Shown here piece after piece: positions 36,539 to 42,661 of a stretch of DNA of 42,661 bases. The DNA is from an uncultured Hippea sp. (GTDB taxonomy: Bacteria; Campylobacterota_A; Desulfurellia; Desulfurellales; Hippeaceae), in assembly GCA_964442345.1 (NCBI GenBank), contig CAYTZD010000002.1:2771-45431 (forward strand). Direction: 5' to 3'. The notes under the pieces were generated by a model. It was not told the origin of the DNA, made no database searches, and saw only the letters and a program-made list of their open reading frames with translations. A program made the position numbers and the translations under genes. Each line of letters opens with the position of its first letter. Position 1 is the first letter of the stretch.

Positions 36539-37396
36539 TTATCTCTCCAGATCTCTATGAACTACTTCTACACTATACCCATTCTTTTTAAGAAAATTCC
36601 TAAAATACTCAACAATGGCAACAGATCTATGCTTTCCACCTGTGCATCCAAAAGCCAAAGAGAGATAGCTTTTGCCTTCTTCAGCATAAAACGGAATCAT
36701 TTTGATAAGATAATCTTCTATAAGCTTTGAAAATGTCTTAGTTTTCTCTTGATTTATTACAAATTCGTATGTCTTTTTATCAAGCCCAGTTGTGTTCTTT
36801 AGTTCTTCTATGAAGTATGGATTTTGAATAAATCTAACATCCCAAACATTATCCGCTTCTATAGGCAAACCATATTTAAACCCAAACGATATAAGCTGTA
36901 TAATCAAACCATTGCTCTGTTTATCTTGAAATTTTTTAAGTATAATTCTCCTAAGCTGATTTACATTTAGATTTGTCGTGTCAATTATCTCATCTGATAA
37001 ATCCCGTATCTCTTCAAGCAGCTGTATCTCTTTATCTATCGCTTCTGATAATGTTAATCCTTCTAAAATACTTAACGGATGGCTTCTTCTTGTCTGCTCA
37101 AACCGTTTAATAAGCTCTTTTTTATCAGCTGTCAGAAAGACAAAGTAAGATGAATGCGGCAGTTGCATGCTCCATTCTTTTATGTATTTTACAACTTCCT
37201 TTATGCGTGGTTCTCTTATATCGCAAACTATTGCAACCTTGTTTAGATGATTGCTTGATATATCCAATATATCCAGAAGCTTTCTTATCAATTCTAAAGG
37301 AAGGTTATCTATGCAGAAATACCCTGCATCTTCAAGCGCCTTGAGAGCTGTGGTTTTACCACTTCCCGATAAGCCACTTAAAAATACTATCTCCAT
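36539..37396 (-). CDS. rapZ: RNase adapter RapZ (YvcJ family)
   Basis: GLSGSGKT, IDNLP, TRRSHPL, SFGFKYG, GCTGGKHRSV. Confidence 0.96.
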   Translation of the reverse strand: MEIVFLSGLSGSGKTTALKALEDAGYFCIDNLPLELIRKLLDILDISSNHLNKVAIVCDIREPRIKEVVKYIKEWSMQLPHSSYFVFLTADKKELIKRFEQTRRSHPLSILEGLTLSEAIDKEIQLLEEIRDLSDEIIDTTNLNVNQLRRIILKKFQDKQSNGLIIQLISFGFKYGLPIEADNVWDVRFIQNPYFIEELKNTTGLDKKTYEFVINQEKTKTFSKLIEDYLIKMIPFYAEEGKSYLSLAFGCTGGKHRSVAIVEYFRNFLKKNGYSVEVVHRDLER

Positions 37397-37399
37397 TAC

Positions 37400-37870
37400 T
37401 TATCTTTTCTTTAAGGTTTCTTCTTTTTCTTTTATCAGTTGTATTACTTCATCTTTATCTTTTGAATTGATTATCTTCTCCTTTAGTTGTGTATCTTTGA
37501 ATATCTTGGCTATCTTGGCAACGGCTTTAAGAAGAATCGATGGTTTTGATGATGGCGCCAAAACAACAAAAAATATCTGGGATGGCATACCATCCAACGA
37601 ACCAAAATCTATCGGTTCTTTTGTTGTAAAGACACCACCAATTAAAGAACTTAGCATATCCATCTTTGCATGTGGAAGGGCAAAAAGCCCTCCCAATGCC
37701 GTTGATCCGAACTTCTCCCGTGCTTTAAGGAGAGAAAATGTCTCTGAAGGATCAAGATTATTCTGATTGGCTATCTTTTCTGCCATTTTCTTTAAGCATT
37801 CAAACTTCTCGGCACATTCTATGTTCAATTCTACTGTCTTTATGGAATCTGAAATAGAATAATCTCTCAT
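37400..37870 (-). CDS. ptsN: PTS IIA(Ntr)-type protein
   Basis: REKFGST..G..ALPHA phospho-His motif, DFGSLDG; lies between hpf and rapZ. Confidence 0.9.
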   Translation of the reverse strand: MRDYSISDSIKTVELNIECAEKFECLKKMAEKIANQNNLDPSETFSLLKAREKFGSTALGGLFALPHAKMDMLSSLIGGVFTTKEPIDFGSLDGMPSQIFFVVLAPSSKPSILLKAVAKIAKIFKDTQLKEKIINSKDKDEVIQLIKEKEETLKKR

Positions 37871-38379
37871 CTTGTTACGATATACCCGTAATCGCCATTT
37901 TTCTTTTTATAAACTACACACACTTTGCCATTTTCCGAATTATTGAAAACAACAAAGTGCTTATCTTCTTCGTTTAACTTCATTATTGCTTCTTCAACGG
38001 TCAGTGGCTTTGGTATGAACTCTTCTTCAACAATTATTGGCTCTCTTTCTGTGGGTGCTTCTGTAAACTGCCCTTGCTGAGACTGTCTCCTTTTGGACTT
38101 ATACAGCTTATCCTTCATCTTCTCTATCTGTTTCTCTAAAACTTCATACACCAAATCTATGGATGTAAACATATCCTTTGACGATTCTGTTGCCTTTATA
38201 AGTTCTCCTTCGATGTTTAGATTTACATCGGCTATATGTCTGTATTTCTCCACCTTTAAAACAACATCTGCGTGTGCCGTTCCGTCTATCTTTCTCTGCA
38301 ATCTTCCTATTTTCTTCTCCACATACTCTTTTAGAGATGGTGTAAGTTCGGTATTCTTTGCGCTAATAGTGATTTTCAT
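37867..38379 (-). CDS. hpf: Ribosome hibernation promoting factor, long form
   Basis: LTPSLKEYVEKK, DMFTSID, C-terminal KPLTVEEA...F.VF.N...VVYK..G.YG. Confidence 0.93.
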   Translation of the reverse strand: MKITISAKNTELTPSLKEYVEKKIGRLQRKIDGTAHADVVLKVEKYRHIADVNLNIEGELIKATESSKDMFTSIDLVYEVLEKQIEKMKDKLYKSKRRQSQQGQFTEAPTEREPIIVEEEFIPKPLTVEEAIMKLNEEDKHFVVFNNSENGKVCVVYKKKNGDYGYIVTR

Positions 38380-38397
38380 ACAAACCTCCCTTAAATT

Positions 38398-38751
38398 TTA
38401 ATGATGGTGATGCTCATGGTCGCAAACCTCTTTGTATGACACATCCAATTTATTGGCTATAAAATCCTCAACAATCTCCCTTGCATTCTTCGGAACAACA
38501 TTTGTTATAACCCTTATGCCAGAACTTTCAAGCATATCTTTGGCTTTTGGTCCCATTCCAGCAACGATTACAACATCAGCATTCTTGCTTTTTATCCACT
38601 GCGGAAAACTACCTTCATAATGCTCTGGCGCTGGCTCAATCTCAACGGTTAAGACTTTTCCATCTTCTATCTCATAGATAGCAAATTTAGGCGCATGTCC
38701 AAAATGCTCACACAGTTTGTCATCTTCAATAGGCATAATTACCCTTATCAA
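38398..38751 (-). CDS. NifB/NifX-family (FeMo-co binding-like) small protein with His-rich tail
   Basis: HFGHAP.F, DVVIV.GMG..A, C-terminal CDHEHHHH; TTG start. Confidence 0.85.
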   Translation of the reverse strand: MIRVIMPIEDDKLCEHFGHAPKFAIYEIEDGKVLTVEIEPAPEHYEGSFPQWIKSKNADVVIVAGMGPKAKDMLESSGIRVITNVVPKNAREIVEDFIANKLDVSYKEVCDHEHHHH

Positions 38752-38767
38752 CTTTCCCCTCCCTTTT

Positions 38768-39118
38768 TTAGAAAAATCTATTTTTCCAATGAGAATAATA
38801 ATCGTTTGTTTTCTGTTCTATAGCGTATTCTCTTTCCATCTCGTCTATCTCTGCTTCGCTTATAGTTAAAAATTTTGCGTTTTCCACATCAAAATCCTTT
38901 TTTGTCAGTATCATGTATGCGGTGTTTATGTCTCTGAAAAAATCTTCACTCTCCTTGTTAATATCAGGATGATACTTCTTTGCCAGCTTCAAATATCTAT
39001 CCCTTATAATCCATTCTGGGTCTGTCTCATCCACACCCAGTATCTTTCTTGCTGCTATCTCGTATCTTCTTATCTTGTTAAACCTATTGTGGAATGTAAA
39101 ATCGTAAATCATAGGCAA
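38768..39118 (-). CDS. Small class C J-domain protein
   Basis: ARKILGV...Y.KLAKKYHPD...F..IN.AY..L; no G/F region or zinc finger. Confidence 0.85.
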   Translation of the reverse strand: MPMIYDFTFHNRFNKIRRYEIAARKILGVDETDPEWIIRDRYLKLAKKYHPDINKESEDFFRDINTAYMILTKKDFDVENAKFLTISEAEIDEMEREYAIEQKTNDYYSHWKNRFF

Positions 39119-40287
39119 ACAATCTCCCTTGGAAATTTTGTCAAGGATTCAACGCCATCTTTTTTAACAAGATATGTATTCTCAATACCAACAGCCCATC
39201 TGTTTTCAAAGGCAACCTTTGGCTCAAATGCAAATGTCATACCTTCTTTAAGTTCAAAGTCAAGTCCTTTGGCAATAAAGGGATACTCATCAACTTCCAA
39301 CCCTATGCCATGCCCAACAAAAGGCACCTGATTACCTTTTGCCCCCATGAAGTTATCCTTGTATCCTGCTTTCTCTGCCATCTCAAGACATCTGTTGTAT
39401 ATCTCAAGCGTGGACGAACCTTCCCTTGCCGTCTCTTCTAAGAAGTTCATAACTTCTAAGCAGAAATAATAGGCTTTTTCCATCTCTTTATCAAGTTTTC
39501 CTATTACAAATACGCGTGTCTCATCACTTAGATACCCTTGATAATTACTTAGAAAGTCAACAATTATCGGCTGATTCTCTTCAATTCTAAATCTTGATGC
39601 ACCATCGGGAAAGTTGGGCGATATGCCGTATCCTGTTGTGGGTTTTAAAAAACCGTTAGGATATGCACTTCTTGGTCCGCTATGCACATGTCCCATAAAC
39701 ATCTCACCATTAAAACCACGCATTCTGCATCTGCCTTGATGATGTCTCAATCTTGCTTTATATTCCAAATAGGCGCTTATCTCTATCTCTGTCTGATAAG
39801 GTTTTATGAATTCCTTTGCATCCTGCATAGTGCAGTCCAACATTCTTGCTGCTTCTCTCATTAAGTCTATCTCTTTTTTGCTTTTTATGGCTCTCTGCGA
39901 GCGTATTATCGGCGATACATCGACAAATTCAGCGCTTGGAAAGGCTTTTTTTAGCCTAAAGAACATCTCAGTCGGCAAGACATCCATCTCTATGCCTATT
40001 ACCTTATAGTTAATTTCTCTTTCTTCGAATAAGCTTGGAAGTTGACTGACGCCTTTAAAGGCAACGATGTCGTCTTTATTGATTGGACTTTCTTCTATTG
40101 CTCTTTTTAAACCTTTTCTTATGGCAAAAAGAACCTTACCATCATTTGATACAATAACTGTTCCGTTTGGCATCGTGTTAGTGTAGTAATATATATCCGT
40201 GTTTTGCATAATTATTGCAGTATCTATGCCGTTTTTATCAAGGCTTACAGAAAGATCTTTTAATCTTTTCAAGATCTCTTCTCTCAT
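39109..40287 (-). CDS. M24 family Xaa-Pro peptidase-like protein
   Basis: Creatinase-like N domain, RAIKS..EI, D...GYLSD.TR, GHGIGLE, EPK, GIEN. ATG 40287 is preferred over TTG 40293 by RBS spacing. Confidence 0.9.
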   Translation of the reverse strand: MREEILKRLKDLSVSLDKNGIDTAIIMQNTDIYYYTNTMPNGTVIVSNDGKVLFAIRKGLKRAIEESPINKDDIVAFKGVSQLPSLFEEREINYKVIGIEMDVLPTEMFFRLKKAFPSAEFVDVSPIIRSQRAIKSKKEIDLMREAARMLDCTMQDAKEFIKPYQTEIEISAYLEYKARLRHHQGRCRMRGFNGEMFMGHVHSGPRSAYPNGFLKPTTGYGISPNFPDGASRFRIEENQPIIVDFLSNYQGYLSDETRVFVIGKLDKEMEKAYYFCLEVMNFLEETAREGSSTLEIYNRCLEMAEKAGYKDNFMGAKGNQVPFVGHGIGLEVDEYPFIAKGLDFELKEGMTFAFEPKVAFENRWAVGIENTYLVKKDGVESLTKFPREIVCL

Positions 40288-40312
40288 TTTCAAGCCCCCC
40301 AGAATTTTCTTT

Positions 40313-40340
40313 ATTATATCACTAAAAGTCGATAATTCAA
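40313..40340 (-). promoter_or_regulatory. Strong sigma70 promoter for the peptidase-to-mutS2 operon
   Basis: Minus strand TTGAAT-N16-TATAAT with a TGn extension (TGATATAAT). Confidence 0.7.
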
Positions 40341-40383
40341 AAATTTATCCCACCAAGCACATTTTTTTGTTAAACTATCAAAG

Positions 40384-42072
40384 ATGAAAGATTTGGTCGA
40401 TGAGATAAAAAGAAGGGTTGATATTGTTGAATTTATATCCCAATATGTCCAGCTTAAAAAGAGAGGCTCAAACTACTTCGGCCTATGTCCATTCCACCAC
40501 GAAAAAACACCATCTTTTTCGGTAAACCCAAAAGGCGGGTTTTTTCACTGCTTTGGCTGTGGCGAAAGCGGCGATGTAATAACATTCCTTATGAAAATAG
40601 AGAATCTCGACTTCAAAGATGCAGTAAGAGAACTTGCAAGAAGGTATAATATACCTGTCTCTTTTAAAGAGAAATCCGTATATGACGATTTATTTGAGAT
40701 ACATAGAATAGCCGCAGATTACTTTAGAGAAAAGCTTTTTGCCAATCCTTTAGCACTTGAGTATTTAAAAGGCAGGCAGATAAATAAACAACATATAGAA
40801 GAATACGGTCTTGGTTATGCACCAGAAAGCAGCGAACTTGAAAGGTTATTGAAATCCAAAGGATTTAAAGAAGAACAGCTTATAAGAAGTGGAATTTTTA
40901 CAAAAGGTTATAACGGACTTTATAATAGATTTTCCCAAAGAATTATATTTTCTATCTATGATGAAAGCGGTCGGGTCATAGCATTTGGCGGCAGGATTTT
41001 AACAAACGATAAAAATAAGGCTAAATACTTAAATTCGCCAGAGACTCCCATATTTTCAAAACAGAAGGTGCTTTTTGGCCTAAATTGGGCAAAACAGAAG
41101 ATAAAAGAGACAAAAGAAGTAATCATAACAGAAGGTTATATGGATTGTTTAAGGCTGCATATATCAGGCATTAAAAATGCAACCGCGACGCTCGGCACAG
41201 CACTTAGCAAGTTTCATCTATCAACACTATCCAAGTATGCAGAAAAGGTGTATCTCAATTACGACGCTGACGATGCAGGGTTTAGGGCTATGGTAAGAAG
41301 CGCACCTATTGTGCTTTCTTCTAAACTTAAACCGTTTGTTGTCGTGCTTAAAAAGGGTGAAGATCCCGATAGTTTTATATTAAATAACTCAAAAGAAGCT
41401 TATCTTGATAGGCTAAAAAGTTCAAAAGAGTACTTTGATTATTTAGTGGAGTTTTTAAAGAATAAATACAACACAGAAGACCCAACCGAAAAGCTTAAGG
41501 CAATAGAAGAGATAAAGCCTATAATTTTAAGCGTGTTCGACCCTGTCGTTAGGGCTGCATATCTAAACAAAGCGGCAAACCTTTTTAAAGTATCAGAAAG
41601 TGTATTTAGCGTAAAATCCAGGTCGTTTTCCTTTCTCTCTTCCATAACAAAGCAAGAAGCGTTTTTGAGTATAGTTTTAAAAGATATAGAGCTCATCGGA
41701 TGGATAGAAGATTTTGAAGAGTTTGCAGACAATTTTGATGGTGTGTATAAGTCTTTATATTTTAAGCTGATAAACTTCTATCTAACAGGAGAAGAATTTA
41801 ATTTAGGCGAGTTTGAAAAGAGTTTAGATGAAGAAGAGAGAAAACTTTGCTATAGACTTTTAAGCCTTGCGCAAACAGATATAGAAGAGAGATTTGAAAG
41901 AAGAAAGGTGTTATTGTATCTTATAGCTCAATTTAAGATAGAAAAGCTTAGAAAAAAGCTTGCAGAGATTAAGGAAAAATTAAAAAGTGATCCGTCAGAA
42001 GAGAACTTAAAAAGATACAACGAAACATTTAAAGAGTTAAAGGAAGTGTTAAATGGTTGGTCAGATAGCTAA
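40384..42072 (+). CDS. dnaG: DNA primase
   Basis: [15 protein letters not shown] zinc finger, [23 protein letters not shown] and DADDAG, DPD. Confidence 0.97.
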   Translation: MKDLVDEIKRRVDIVEFISQYVQLKKRGSNYFGLCPFHHEKTPSFSVNPKGGFFHCFGCGESGDVITFLMKIENLDFKDAVRELARRYNIPVSFKEKSVYDDLFEIHRIAADYFREKLFANPLALEYLKGRQINKQHIEEYGLGYAPESSELERLLKSKGFKEEQLIRSGIFTKGYNGLYNRFSQRIIFSIYDESGRVIAFGGRILTNDKNKAKYLNSPETPIFSKQKVLFGLNWAKQKIKETKEVIITEGYMDCLRLHISGIKNATATLGTALSKFHLSTLSKYAEKVYLNYDADDAGFRAMVRSAPIVLSSKLKPFVVVLKKGEDPDSFILNNSKEAYLDRLKSSKEYFDYLVEFLKNKYNTEDPTEKLKAIEEIKPIILSVFDPVVRAAYLNKAANLFKVSESVFSVKSRSFSFLSSITKQEAFLSIVLKDIELIGWIEDFEEFADNFDGVYKSLYFKLINFYLTGEEFNLGEFEKSLDEEERKLCYRLLSLAQTDIEERFERRKVLLYLIAQFKIEKLRKKLAEIKEKLKSDPSEENLKRYNETFKELKEVLNGWSDS

Positions 42073-42658
42073 TTTCATAGTAAATGCAATAGGATACGGT
42101 GGATATGGTGGCATTTTTCTGCTTATGTTTTTAGAAAGCACATTCTTTCCATTTCCAAGCGAAGTTGTCATTCCGCCTGCTGCCTATCTTGCAGCAAAGG
42201 GTAAAATGAATATTGCTTTTGTTGTATTAGCTGGAAGCTTAGGCAGTCTTTCTGGTGCGTGGTTTAACTATTGGATATCTTATAAATTTGGCTATCCATT
42301 TCTTTTAAAATACGGTAAATATGTAGGTCTTGGAGAAAAGACGCTCAAAAAGGTCGATAAGTTTTTCAAAGAACACGGAGAGATAAGCACATTCATAGGC
42401 AGATTACTTCCCGGGATTCGTCAGTATATCTCTTTGCCTGCCGGCGTTGCAAGAATGAACTTTCTTAGGTTTAGTTTGTTTACATTTTTTGGCGCCTTGA
42501 TATGGGTTTGCGTGCTTGCATTTATCGGCTTCAGCGTTGGCAACAATATGCAGCTTGTAAAAAAGATGCTTCACGAAGCGTATGTTTATATAATTATTTT
42601 TTCTCTGTTTATTGTTGGTGTATATATAACTATAAGAAAAATCAAAGTTCGCAACTGA
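42053..42658 (+). CDS. dedA: DedA family membrane protein
   Basis: [27 protein letters not shown]; overlaps dnaG by 20 bp. Confidence 0.92.
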   Translation: MVGQIANFIVNAIGYGGYGGIFLLMFLESTFFPFPSEVVIPPAAYLAAKGKMNIAFVVLAGSLGSLSGAWFNYWISYKFGYPFLLKYGKYVGLGEKTLKKVDKFFKEHGEISTFIGRLLPGIRQYISLPAGVARMNFLRFSLFTFFGALIWVCVLAFIGFSVGNNMQLVKKMLHEAYVYIIIFSLFIVGVYITIRKIKVRN

Positions 42659-42661
42659 TTC

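Noticed and set aside
37251-37766. 171-aa plus-strand ORF
   Set aside because: Antisense to ptsN/rapZ with no independent evidence.
1-42661. CRISPR arrays, IS elements, prophage, defence systems, selenocysteine read-through
   Set aside because: No regularly spaced repeats, transposase/integrase/phage motifs or interrupted conserved ORFs were seen; nearly all sequence is covered by intact genes.

Overview
AT-rich, gene-dense bacterial chromosome segment. Gene content (epsilon-type nap operon, 2Fe superoxide reductase, TrpB2, Ogg2, non-Cys Thi4, sulfur/polysulfide-reductase-like Mo enzyme) suggests an anaerobic, probably thermophilic sulfur reducer such as Desulfurellia/Hippea within Campylobacterota; this taxonomy is inference. 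Left to right: 3' part of a sigma54 activator lacking a DNA-binding domain, an SMR pump and slyD; a ~12 kb nitrogen-respiration block (octaheme epsilon-Hao-like cytochrome c, fused CcsBA cytochrome c synthase, NapC/NrfH-family tetraheme, napAGHBFLD); a divergent biotin cluster (bioB-bioF-esterase-bioC / bioA-bioD); aroK, an ArnT-like glycosyltransferase, thi4 and an orphan mini flagellar-rod protein; an oxygen-defence operon (ogg-fprA-bcp-rubredoxin-sor); trpB2; a Psr/Sre-type ABC molybdoenzyme; tRNA-Gly(CCC); an 11-gene minus-strand operon from an M24 peptidase to mutS2; dnaG and dedA. No IS, integrase, phage gene or CRISPR array was seen. The most interesting signals are the apparently self-contained NrfA-independent nitrate-ammonification module, and two neighbouring sulfur-insertion enzymes (BioB, Thi4) that each carry a non-canonical residue at a key ligand position.
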